Below, piece after piece: positions 24,092 to 32,285 of a stretch of DNA of 45,246 nucleotides. A program made the translations under genes and the position numbers. The notes below the pieces were generated by a model, which was not told the origin of the DNA, did no database searches, and worked only from the letters and a program-made list of their open reading frames with translations. Within the stretch, counting starts at the first letter, position 1, and each line of letters starts with the position of its first letter. The stretch spans positions 1 through 45,246 of the IMG/VR virus record IMGVR_UViG_3300015050_000992, one strand, 5' to 3'. This DNA is from a virus (taxonomy: Duplodnaviria; Caudoviricetes).

Positions 24092-24802
24092 ATGTCCGAC
24101 ACGAAGCTCAAGGCCTACATCGACCGCGTGCTGCGCAGCCGTGAGCGTGAGGACGCGGAGAAGGCCAACACCAAGGCGATCTACGCCGAACTCAATTCCG
24201 ACGGCTACGACAAGGCGATCGTCGGCAAGGTCGTGAACCATCTGCGCAAGGACCAGGACAAGGTCCGCGAGCAGTCCGACCTGTTTGACACGTACCTCAT
24301 CGCCTACCTCGGAGCCTCGCACGTACATGCACGTGCGAGGGACACCGAGAACGAAGATCACCCAGGAGGCGAAAATGCGAACAGCGTCGGGAAAGCCGAC
24401 GCATCGCATGCCTCCCTGCGCAGCGGTAGAGAAGCGGCATCTCGCCTGGCTCATAACCAGGAAATCGCGGGTTCGAGTCCCGCCCCTGCAACCACATCCA
24501 CAGTTCCCCAGCACAACGCTGAGGAAGCGGGCGAGGGCACTACCGCGGCGTCCTCGCTCGCCGATATTCCCGAACCGGAGACAGGGGCTTCCTCCTCCCC
24601 TTCTGTCTCCGAGGCTGGCGGCGAGAGCGCTATCCCTGCGGCTGCTCTCGCCGTTCCATCCGCTGATCGTTCCAAGCCGCACCCGTGGTGCAAAGACCCC
24701 GAAGATTGCGGCGTCGAGGCAAGCTGGGATCACATGTGTTTGAGCTGTCATCGCCGCATGGAGAAGGCGCTTACCGAGCGCCCTTCATCGGTGCTGCAAT
24801 GA
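24092..24802 (+). CDS. GapR/DUF2312-like DNA-binding domain, linker and C-terminal Cys4 finger
   Basis: LKAYIDRV.R....D.....K.IYAE....GYD......V...RKD......D..DTY; C-terminal C.DP.DC...C.SC. Confidence 0.75.
   Translation: MSDTKLKAYIDRVLRSREREDAEKANTKAIYAELNSDGYDKAIVGKVVNHLRKDQDKVREQSDLFDTYLIAYLGASHVHARARDTENEDHPGGENANSVGKADASHASLRSGREAASRLAHNQEIAGSSPAPATTSTVPQHNAEEAGEGTTAASSLADIPEPETGASSSPSVSEAGGESAIPAAALAVPSADRSKPHPWCKDPEDCGVEASWDHMCLSCHRRMEKALTERPSSVLQ
24419..24494 (+). tRNA. tRNA-Met(CAT), initiator-like, embedded in a CDS
   Basis: CGCAG(C)GG TA GAGA..TCTC G CCTGG CTCATAA CCAGG AAATC GCGGG TTCGAGT CCCGC CCCTGCA ACCA; C1:A72 mismatch, A11-U24 pair, encoded CCA. Confidence 0.85.
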
Positions 24803-25104
24803 TCCGTTCCACCAACAAGCATCAGATGAAAGCCGGTACGGCGCGGGGGCGCGCGCCTGGGGTCATGTACCGGCTTACACCTGCTGCTGACTATGCGCAG
24901 GACCGCGTTCATTCGTTCGCGGTTGGCTCCGTCCAGGATCTCCTCCCCCTGACGCAGCTCCGTAGACTTGGCCGAGGGCGCATTGCTCTCGGCTCTTTTA
25001 CCGGCTCGAGGGGCGGCGCCAACCGCACCCTCGCCAGTACCAACCATACCCTTCGCGATTGCGTCCGTAAGTGCTTCGCCGAGGGTTCTAAACGTCATTT
25101 CCAA
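24748..25104 (-). CDS. Possible antisense hypothetical gene
   Basis: GGAG SD before TTG/ATG; competes with a + strand ORF at 24799..25188. Confidence 0.35.
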   Translation of the reverse strand: MEMTFRTLGEALTDAIAKGMVGTGEGAVGAAPRAGKRAESNAPSAKSTELRQGEEILDGANRERMNAVLRIVSSRCKPVHDPRRAPPRRTGFHLMLVGGTDHCSTDEGRSVSAFSMRR

Positions 25105-25150
25105 GTCTCCGACTGCCTAGGACCCGAACCTAGGCAAGGAGACCTCGTAA

Positions 25151-25546
25151 ATGTCCAAATCATCGTTGGAGAAATCAGAAATGTCTGAGATCGCGTGGGC
25201 GTCGAATGCGCTTCAAGAACGCATCGCACCGGTCGGAAGTTCACAGTTTGTCGAAACGCGCATCCGCAAGGCCGCCACTGCCTTGGGGTGGAAATTCAGC
25301 CGCGCCAGGACGGTCTGGTACGGCGACGAGCGCGTCAGCATCAAGCCGCGGGAATTGCGGCGTATCGAGGAAGTTGCGGGGATCCACTATGGCCGAGAAG
25401 AAATCAGGGACGTCGACGCGCTCATCAGCAGCGCCGACGCTCTCCTTATGGGCGTCAATTCGGATTTCTACAGCGCGTTCGCTGCTGCGCTCCGCGCGGT
25501 GGCTGGCGCTGTGGATCGCTCCCGAGCTTCGAAACGAGACCGGTGA
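25151..25546 (+). CDS. Putative CII-like HTH regulator
   Basis: AA..LGW..SR....WY motif; AAGGAG SD; position in the early right operon. Confidence 0.55.
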   Translation: MSKSSLEKSEMSEIAWASNALQERIAPVGSSQFVETRIRKAATALGWKFSRARTVWYGDERVSIKPRELRRIEEVAGIHYGREEIRDVDALISSADALLMGVNSDFYSAFAAALRAVAGAVDRSRASKRDR

Positions 25547-25555
25547 GGCCGAGGA

Positions 25556-26083
25556 ATGAGCGTCTATTTCATCAAGGCTGCCAATGGCCGCGTGAAGATC
25601 GGCTACAGCGCCAACCTCGAGCGCCGTGTTTCGGAGTTACTCCGGTTGAATGGCGGTGAGTTTCTCGGATCGATCCCAGGCGACCGATCGGTGGAGCGAC
25701 ACTTCCACAGCCTCTACCGTCGCCACCGCCTTGCGGGAGAATGGTTCGAGGCAACCGATGAGATGCTGGCGCTGATTGCCGCGCTCGCCGTTCCGGAACT
25801 GATCACGGACGCAATCAAAGACCCGCCTGCCAAGCTCCGGCACATGGACTTGAAGTTTGCTCGGGAGGTGTCGGACGCCTTGTCAGAGACGGTGCTCGCT
25901 ATTCGCCACAACGAGTCGATTGGCGAAGTGGTCGCGGCGTTGGCGCCTGCCTTCGGTCTCTCCGAGGCTCGCCTTCGCGCGATCATGGATTGCGAAGTCG
26001 ATCACGTCACCGCCGCCGAATACACGCAGATCATGCGCAGTCCTGAGTTGGCTCGCACGGTCTTTGCGGAAGCCGCCTCCTAA
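25556..26083 (+). CDS. GIY-YIG/T5orf172-type protein
   Basis: VYFI...VKIGYS.N..RR and E...H..Y...R..GEWF motifs. Confidence 0.8.
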   Translation: MSVYFIKAANGRVKIGYSANLERRVSELLRLNGGEFLGSIPGDRSVERHFHSLYRRHRLAGEWFEATDEMLALIAALAVPELITDAIKDPPAKLRHMDLKFAREVSDALSETVLAIRHNESIGEVVAALAPAFGLSEARLRAIMDCEVDHVTAAEYTQIMRSPELARTVFAEAAS

Positions 26084-26110
26084 CCTCACCCATCAGTAGG
26101 GGCCGCTCTG

Positions 26111-26377
26111 ATGAACCAGATCCTCGCAACGCTCTTTCGTCCCAAGCCCTTCAGCTCCCGTGCGGTGATTGCCGGGCTTCGTGACCAGATCATTGAGATC
26201 GGAACGCATGTCCGGTTTCTCGAGGCGGATAAGCCCGTTCCTCAGCCCCGCGACGACGACGGCAGGTTCGTCAGCAAGCGCGAACTCATGCGCCAGCAGA
26301 TGGCCGATGCGTGTTCGCACCTCACCCCTGAACAGCGAGCAGCAGCCAAGGCTCGCGGGCTGGAGAGGAAAGCATGA
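26111..26377 (+). CDS. Hypothetical protein
   Basis: QPRD..GRF motif; ATGA overlap with the MTase. Confidence 0.6.
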   Translation: MNQILATLFRPKPFSSRAVIAGLRDQIIEIGTHVRFLEADKPVPQPRDDDGRFVSKRELMRQQMADACSHLTPEQRAAAKARGLERKA

Positions 26378-27249
26378 GCGGGAAACTGCGGGTGCTCGAC
26401 CTGTTCAGCGGCATTGGCGGCTTCAGCCTTGGGCTGGAGAGAACGGGCGGGTTTGAAACCGTGGCGTTCTGCGAACTCAAGCCACGGGCACGGGCGGTGC
26501 TGGCGAAGCATTGGCCGGACGTTCCGTGCTTCGAAGACGTTACCACATTGCGAGGCGCGGATGTCGGAACAGTTGATGTTATCTGCGGAGGATTTCCCTG
26601 TCAGGACATCTCCCTCGCCGGGTTGGGAGCGGGTTTGGACGGTGCCAGGTCCGGCCTCTGGTCCGAATACGCCCGCCTTATTGGCGAACTTCGACCCCGC
26701 TACGTCATCGTGGAGAACGTCGCAGCGCTCCTTAGTCGAGGGCTGGACCGTGTTCTCCGGGACTTGGCCGCGCTCGGGTATGATGCAGAGTGGCACTGTA
26801 TTCCAGCTTGCGCCGTTGGTGCCCCTCACCGACGCGACCGTCTCTGGATTGTGGCCTACGCCGGCCGCGATGGACACGGGGATCTCGACGCCCCTCGAGA
26901 AGATACAGGAGCGTCGGACGAGGATCAAAGCCAAGCGGATCAACGGCAACGGGTTCGGACTGAGCCTGGGCGAAGCGGTCCGCATGTGGCCGACGCCGAA
27001 CGCCGGGGATTGGAAGGCGGGGATGAGCAACGCGCCCGGCCGACAGCAATCATCCCTGCCGCGTACGGTCGGTATCGTGGAGGGAGTGACTTCGGGGAAG
27101 CGTGGAGGGCTGAACCCGACGTGGGTCGAGTGGCTCATGGGGTTCCCTCTGGAATGGACCGTCTTGAAGAACTGGGCAACGCCGTCGTCCCGCAAATCCC
27201 GGAAATCATCGGTCACGCCATCCTCGAAAGCATGAGGGCTGCAGCATGA
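26374..27249 (+). CDS. C5-cytosine DNA methyltransferase, alpha chain
   Basis: DLFSGIGG, GGFPCQD, ENV, H.RDR and LGNAVVPQ motifs; motif IX is absent from this frame. Confidence 0.95.
   Translation: MSGKLRVLDLFSGIGGFSLGLERTGGFETVAFCELKPRARAVLAKHWPDVPCFEDVTTLRGADVGTVDVICGGFPCQDISLAGLGAGLDGARSGLWSEYARLIGELRPRYVIVENVAALLSRGLDRVLRDLAALGYDAEWHCIPACAVGAPHRRDRLWIVAYAGRDGHGDLDAPREDTGASDEDQSQADQRQRVRTEPGRSGPHVADAERRGLEGGDEQRARPTAIIPAAYGRYRGGSDFGEAWRAEPDVGRVAHGVPSGMDRLEELGNAVVPQIPEIIGHAILESMRAAA
26561..27235 (+). CDS. Nested +1-frame MTase beta chain
   Basis: GAGG SD plus ATG at 26561; two WPTP repeats and a motif IX-like LNPTWVEWLMGFP..WT. Confidence 0.8.
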   Translation: MSEQLMLSAEDFPVRTSPSPGWERVWTVPGPASGPNTPALLANFDPATSSWRTSQRSLVEGWTVFSGTWPRSGMMQSGTVFQLAPLVPLTDATVSGLWPTPAAMDTGISTPLEKIQERRTRIKAKRINGNGFGLSLGEAVRMWPTPNAGDWKAGMSNAPGRQQSSLPRTVGIVEGVTSGKRGGLNPTWVEWLMGFPLEWTVLKNWATPSSRKSRKSSVTPSSKA

Positions 27250-27470
27250 CGCTCCACCCCCATAAAGACCTAGCTACCGCAGTACCCGCTGACTTTGAAC
27301 TTCCGTGGAACACAACTCGGACAATGGCCGACGTGTGGAGGGACGAGGCCCAACGTGAGCGCTACCGGAACCTCCTGATGGTTCACCGCGCCGCGGCCAA
27401 TGCGCCTCAAGTCAAGATCACGCCGGCTGGCAAGATTGCCTTCGCCGGTTACGACAGGAGCGAAGTATGA
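27246..27470 (+). CDS. Hypothetical protein
   Basis: ATGA overlaps on both sides; ends I.FAGYD. Confidence 0.6.
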   Translation: MTLHPHKDLATAVPADFELPWNTTRTMADVWRDEAQRERYRNLLMVHRAAANAPQVKITPAGKIAFAGYDRSEV

Positions 27471-27895
27471 GTGTTGGACCCTATGAGCAGTCTCTGCGCG
27501 ACCGGGCGATCACTGCCAGGCGCAACCTCGTCGGCAAGGTATCCGTCGACGTCATCAAGCGGATCGCCCTCATCGCGGCAACGCCGGTGAAGAAGCGCGG
27601 CCCGGCACCCCAACCGATCGAGCCAGCGTATCTCCCTGAGGAAGCGCCCACGCCGCAGCTTGGCAGCGCCCGCATCATCAAGGAAGTGAGCCTGAAGCAT
27701 CACGTATCGGTCGGTGAAATCCTGAGCGATATGCGCTCCACGTGGATTGTCGCTGCCCGCTTCGAAGCCATGTACCGCATTCGCGAGGAACGACGCCTGA
27801 GCTGGGCGCAGATCGGCCGGCAGTTCAATCGGGACCATACATCGGTTTTGCACGCTTATCGCACGCACAAGAAGCGGCTGGAGGCTGATGCATGA
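27467..27895 (+). CDS. DnaA C-terminal-like HTH protein
   Basis: AR.EAMY..R...LS..QIGR.FNRDHTSV.HA. Confidence 0.85.
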   Translation: MSVGPYEQSLRDRAITARRNLVGKVSVDVIKRIALIAATPVKKRGPAPQPIEPAYLPEEAPTPQLGSARIIKEVSLKHHVSVGEILSDMRSTWIVAARFEAMYRIREERRLSWAQIGRQFNRDHTSVLHAYRTHKKRLEADA

Positions 27896-28524
27896 GCGAC
27901 GATGAGGAATTCCCCATCTATTCGCTGAAGAACGCATTGGCGGTGGTGCTGCACAACATCGCCACACCTGAAGGCGAGGACAAGTTCCTTAGCACTCATC
28001 CGGGCCGAGGCCTGTCAGTGCTCGAGATGGGCATGAGCAGAGTTCACCAGCATCCTCTGGCCGGCCGCCACTCAGAAGCCGCCCCGGCGCTTGAGGAAGC
28101 CGTGAAGGCGCTATACGGGCGGGCGGAGCAACTGTGCGACAGCCCCATTGAAAGGAACCTGCTGGCGGCCCTGGTAACGGGCTGCTGGGCGTTCAATCCG
28201 GCAGTCATCCCAACAGTGCTGAACGTCAAGGGCGATCAGCGGGTGCCGAAGAACGACGTCACCATCGTGCCGCAGCTCACGATCGGTCGTTACCGTCTCG
28301 ACTTCGGCATTGTCATCGCCAAGGGCGGTCAAAAGCACATCATCGGCATTGAGTGCGATGGCGCCGACTTCCACCAGGACAAGGTGAAGGACTTTGACCG
28401 CGACGAGTACCTAGCTGCCTTCGGCGTGCCAGTGCTGCGCTTCCAAGGCTCAACGCTCCACCGTGCGCCGATCAGCATGGCGGATGCCATCATCGACGCG
28501 ATCACAGTCTGGCGGGACGAATGA
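27892..28524 (+). CDS. DUF559/Vsr-like endonuclease-domain protein
   Basis: SPIE, PQ..IG.YR.DF, IECDG..FH and RD......G..VLRF.G motifs. Confidence 0.8.
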   Translation: MSDDEEFPIYSLKNALAVVLHNIATPEGEDKFLSTHPGRGLSVLEMGMSRVHQHPLAGRHSEAAPALEEAVKALYGRAEQLCDSPIERNLLAALVTGCWAFNPAVIPTVLNVKGDQRVPKNDVTIVPQLTIGRYRLDFGIVIAKGGQKHIIGIECDGADFHQDKVKDFDRDEYLAAFGVPVLRFQGSTLHRAPISMADAIIDAITVWRDE

Positions 28525-29177
28525 TCGATCTAGCCCAAACCATTGCCAACATGGAAGCGCTCGGCATGACCGAAAGCGAGATCGTTCGCTCGCTGCGCTG
28601 CATCCAGAATGGCGTGGTTGCTCCGGTTCGATCGGCCGGCGCTGAGCGCCAGGCGCGCTACCGGCAGCGTCATGCGTCACAAACCGTAACAGGTGACGTA
28701 ACAGGTGACGCAAACGCCTTCCCCGATAAAGAAAATCCCCAGACCCCTAAAGAAATTACCCCAACCAAATCTAGCCTATCCCCCCCTAAAGGGTCCCCCC
28801 TTTCCCAAGCCGAACCCACCGAGTTCGAGGTTTGGTACGGCGGCTACCCCCACAAGATGCAGCGCGGCGCCGCAGAGCGAGCATTCAAGGCAGCTCGCAA
28901 GATCGCCAGCCTCGAGGTGCTGATCGCTGGGGTGGCCCGGTACGTCGCCACCAAGCCGGCCGATGTGGCGTGGCGCTACCCGTCAACGTGGCTGAACGGC
29001 AAGGGCTGGCTGGACCAGCCGGACGAAATCTACCCGCTAGCTCGCGGCTCACCGCCTCAACGCAGCAATCCGCTTTCGGACGCATTCGGAAGTTTCGACC
29101 AGGGGCCCAGATATGACGATCTCGATACCGCATCAGCTCAAGGTACTGTTCTCTACCTTCCCGCAGCAGCCCGGTGA
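28521..29177 (+). CDS. Putative replication initiator
   Basis: AERQARYR, FE.WY..YP.K...A...F and P.TWLN...W.D motifs; VTGDVTGD repeat and C/A-rich tract in the linker. Confidence 0.7.
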   Translation: MIDLAQTIANMEALGMTESEIVRSLRCIQNGVVAPVRSAGAERQARYRQRHASQTVTGDVTGDANAFPDKENPQTPKEITPTKSSLSPPKGSPLSQAEPTEFEVWYGGYPHKMQRGAAERAFKAARKIASLEVLIAGVARYVATKPADVAWRYPSTWLNGKGWLDQPDEIYPLARGSPPQRSNPLSDAFGSFDQGPRYDDLDTASAQGTVLYLPAAAR

Positions 29178-29559
29178 TCTGGCTGCGCAGATCGAGGCCT
29201 ACGGCATTGCGCTCGAGGGTCACGACCCGCGCGATATCCAGGCGGCGGTGCGCAGGTTCATCCGCGGCGAGGTCGAAGGCCACAACCAGAGTTTCCCGCC
29301 TACCGCCTCAAAGATGGGCGGCGTAGTGCGCAAGTGCATGGCCGATCGGTTGGACGACGAGCACCGCGAGCGCATGAGCCAGCCGCAATTGCCGCCGCCG
29401 GAGATACCCAAGAGCGCCGAGTCACGTCAGCGCGTGCTGAGGAAGGCGGAGGAGACGGTGCAGCGCCTTACCGATGCGATGCTGACGGACGACGCCAGGC
29501 GCGCTCGCGGCCCTCGCTACAGCATCGGTTCCCCCGAGTCTGACGACGCAGCAGCCTAA
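29113..29559 (+). CDS. Putative helicase loader or replication accessory protein
   Basis: Follows the initiator; Y..AL...I..AV..F..G...F.PT pattern. Confidence 0.5.
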   Translation: MTISIPHQLKVLFSTFPQQPGDLAAQIEAYGIALEGHDPRDIQAAVRRFIRGEVEGHNQSFPPTASKMGGVVRKCMADRLDDEHRERMSQPQLPPPEIPKSAESRQRVLRKAEETVQRLTDAMLTDDARRARGPRYSIGSPESDDAAA

Positions 29560-29585
29560 CCACTTCAGAGCGAGAGAGAGGCATC

Positions 29586-29816
29586 ATGAGCGAGACAAAG
29601 TGCACAAGCTGGTTGGGACATCGTTTCGAGGCTCGGTACTCAGTCACCAACGCGGCGCTCAGTCATCTGATCGAGCATGCCACCTCGATCGAGAGCCTGC
29701 CGAACAGCACCATCCAATCCATGCAGGATCGGCATTACGAGCGCGATATCTGCGTCCGGTGCGGGTTCGCGGTTGAGAAGCACATCGAAATCTCAGGGGA
29801 GCCCTCCAATGTCTAA
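29586..29816 (+). CDS. Hypothetical protein
   Basis: GH.FEARY and DICVRCG motifs. Confidence 0.6.
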   Translation: MSETKCTSWLGHRFEARYSVTNAALSHLIEHATSIESLPNSTIQSMQDRHYERDICVRCGFAVEKHIEISGEPSNV

Positions 29817-30120
29817 CCCCAATACCATCATGAGAGACGAGACAATACCGGAGGCTTGGCACACGTTCGCTGAAGCGCCGCCTGCGCTGTTCGATGTCGT
29901 CTGCCGCTACTACGACGCGGGGCTGAACAAGTTCCTCATCCAGCGCTTCACCAACTGCTTCATGCAGGACGGAGTGCTGGTTTGGCCCTCGCCGTTCGTC
30001 GGTTCCGAAAGCGCCATTGACCTCCAGAAAGCGGGCTACCGAGCGGTGCTTTGGATGGATGCGCCGGAAGTCCCTAGCGCCTACCGCGAACTGCTAAACG
30101 GGCCTGCTGACCATGACTGA
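29809..30120 (+). CDS. Hypothetical protein
   Basis: GGGGAG SD before ATG 29809. Confidence 0.55.
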   Translation: MSNPNTIMRDETIPEAWHTFAEAPPALFDVVCRYYDAGLNKFLIQRFTNCFMQDGVLVWPSPFVGSESAIDLQKAGYRAVLWMDAPEVPSAYRELLNGPADHD

Positions 30121-30451
30121 GGGGGAGAACATGGTGGAGAGGCTGGCACAGGTGCTGTGGGACGCCAGGATCGCGCCGGGAGGCGGTGGCCGCACGTTGA
30201 TGCCGTGGCCGTTCTGCCCTGAGCACGACTGGTGCGTGAACACCGCCCGCGCCGTCATCGAAGCCCTTATGGAGCCGACCAAGGAAATGCTGGAGGCTGG
30301 GAACACAGAGGCGCGGGACTGGATAGCCATCGACGGCTACGAGTCGACGGGCTTCTACCCCGATATTGACCCGCAACTGGCCTACGCAACCTTCACCACA
30401 ATGCTCCGTACCTCCCTATCTCAACCCAATGAAGAAGGAGAGGGGAAGTGA
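30113..30451 (+). CDS. Hypothetical protein
   Basis: MVER.A and ARA.IEAL.EPT.EM..AG motifs. Confidence 0.65.
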   Translation: MTEGENMVERLAQVLWDARIAPGGGGRTLMPWPFCPEHDWCVNTARAVIEALMEPTKEMLEAGNTEARDWIAIDGYESTGFYPDIDPQLAYATFTTMLRTSLSQPNEEGEGK

Positions 30452-30506
30452 GCGACACGCACCCCTTGCTCCGCATGATCATGAACAGCCCGAAAGCGCG
30501 GTTCAA

Positions 30507-30671
30507 ATGAGCGGTGGCACGGCAGATCCGGGGTTGGTGGCGCTGTCGGCACTCGCAATGCTGTGCATCGGCTTCTTCGGCTGGTCAGTCACGCTGGTGC
30601 TTCTTCTGGCCTTCTGGGCGATAGGCGAAGGCGGCGCTGAAATCATCGACTATCTCGTAAATCGACGCTGA
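30507..30671 (+). CDS. Small membrane protein
   Basis: Long hydrophobic stretch; start uncertain. Confidence 0.4.
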   Translation: MSGGTADPGLVALSALAMLCIGFFGWSVTLVLLLAFWAIGEGGAEIIDYLVNRR

Positions 30672-30705
30672 GAGACTAGCACATCCACAACCCAAGGGGC
30701 ACCAA

Positions 30706-31287
30706 TTGGGCAAGCGCGGACCAAAAAAGCAGTCAGGCATCCGAGAAGCAGGCGGGCGTCTATCCCGCAAGCCAATCGAGAAGCAGGCTCGAGACGCCTC
30801 GAAGATCATAGCCGAGGAATGGGAGACCATGAACACGGCCCTGATGGCTCGCCTGCGGGTCCACAAGGTGCCAATGGACAAGCTGCGGGACCAGATGGCT
30901 GGCAGCTACATTGGCCGCCTGTGCCTGTCTGGCGAGATCACACACCAGCAGTTTGACGCAGCTCAGGCGTACCTGGCTGACCGTCGAGACTATCACATGG
31001 CCATCGATGCGCCAAAGCAGATGGGCGCCGTGGATCTCAACGCGGTGCATGGTCGAAACCACGGCGAGAACGTCAAGCGCTCGCAGCAGTCGGTGGCGAA
31101 GTTCGAGGCAGCCGATGCGGCAATCCGTGAAGCGCAGACCGTGCTCGGCAACATGGGCAATCTCTACGCTGCGGTATCGCTGTGCATCATCAACGACGGT
31201 GAGTTGCGGCACATGGTGGGCGATGTGCGGCTGGTGCTCAATGCATTGGCAAGGCACTATGGGCTAGATAACAGGAGGGCGGCGTGA
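30706..31287 (+). CDS. Putative late-gene activator or antiterminator
   Basis: Basic N-terminus (RE..GRLSR), IGRL.L.G.I...Q.DA and L.ALA.HYG; Q-like position ahead of the late promoter. Confidence 0.5.
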   Translation: MGKRGPKKQSGIREAGGRLSRKPIEKQARDASKIIAEEWETMNTALMARLRVHKVPMDKLRDQMAGSYIGRLCLSGEITHQQFDAAQAYLADRRDYHMAIDAPKQMGAVDLNAVHGRNHGENVKRSQQSVAKFEAADAAIREAQTVLGNMGNLYAAVSLCIINDGELRHMVGDVRLVLNALARHYGLDNRRAA

Positions 31288-31697
31288 GCGATGTGAAAGA
31301 AGATACGTCCATTGACTTGAAGGAAGTCGCCACCGCGTTCCGGCGCCTGATGTACAATGCCTACGTGGCAACTCTGGTGGGACACCCGGCGCGGTCAACC
31401 GAAAGGTTCGGGGATCGGATGAAGCAACCACAGGTCGGTGATTGGGTGACGGAAACCAGCACAGTGTACCGATCGCGCGGGACTGAAGACATCGACGCAA
31501 TCGGGAAGCTCGAGGAGATAGCTTGGGAACCTGTAGATTTCGGTGATCCAGAGTTCGTCTGGGACGAGGCAATCGAAGGCGGGCCACATCCGAAGGAGAA
31601 GGTGTTCTACATTCGGACCTTGGATGGTCGGCGGTTCCGCTGGGTCAATGCCGACTTTGTCGCAGCGCCTGTGGACCTAAACCTCAACCGCACTTGA
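31284..31697 (+). CDS. Hypothetical protein
   Basis: GGAGG SD, GTGA overlap. Confidence 0.6.
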   Translation: MSDVKEDTSIDLKEVATAFRRLMYNAYVATLVGHPARSTERFGDRMKQPQVGDWVTETSTVYRSRGTEDIDAIGKLEEIAWEPVDFGDPEFVWDEAIEGGPHPKEKVFYIRTLDGRRFRWVNADFVAAPVDLNLNRT

Positions 31698-31788
31698 CAT
31701 CCTAAGCCAAATCATACGACATAGTTTCCAACATGCGCTTCTGCGCACACAGCGGCCCCGTGGTTTGACCTCCCGGGGCCTTTTCTTT
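31694..31788 (+). promoter_or_regulatory. Putative late promoter and attenuating terminator
   Basis: TTGACA at 31694 (-10 unclear); GGCCCCG...CGGGGCC-TTTTCTTT at 31754-31788, ahead of terS. Confidence 0.6.
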
Positions 31789-31838
31789 GCCCACCAAGCC
31801 GATCTGTCTCAACGAGACCCCGGCGGAGGCTCCCCAAC

Positions 31839-32285
31839 ATGGCCTACAGCCCAGAAGAAGCCCAATCGATCAAGGATCGCGTCTGTCTCGAGATCACAGA
31901 GGGCAAGAGCCTTCGGTCGATATGCGAAGCTGATGATATGCCAGCCGCCGAAACAATCCGGGTCTGGCTGATTGAGGATGGCGAGTTCTCTGCGCAGTAC
32001 ACGCGTGCGCGGGAAGAGCAGGCTGACTTCTACGCCGACGAGATCATCGACATTGCGGACACGGCTAAGGACGCGAACCTGGCGAGGCTGCAGATTGATG
32101 CCCGCAAGTGGAAAGCCTCCAAGCTGCAGCCGAAGAAGTACGGCGACAAGATCGACCTCAACCACTCTGGCGCAATCGAGCACCTGACGGATGAACAGCT
32201 TGAATCCAAGCTCGCTATCCTACTCGGAAAAGCGGGAGTTGGCCTCCTTGCTGGAGGAAGTGGAACGCCGGAAGACGAGGCGTAA
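31839..32285 (+). CDS. terS: Terminase small subunit
   Basis: G.SLRSIC...MP...T...W, F..QY.RARE.QAD, IDARKW.ASKL.PKKYG (Sf6 gp1-like). Confidence 0.92.
   Translation: MAYSPEEAQSIKDRVCLEITEGKSLRSICEADDMPAAETIRVWLIEDGEFSAQYTRAREEQADFYADEIIDIADTAKDANLARLQIDARKWKASKLQPKKYGDKIDLNHSGAIEHLTDEQLESKLAILLGKAGVGLLAGGSGTPEDEA

Noticed and set aside
23435-24751. 438-aa minus-strand ORF
   Set aside because: Lies opposite well-supported + strand genes and the tRNA; no motifs.
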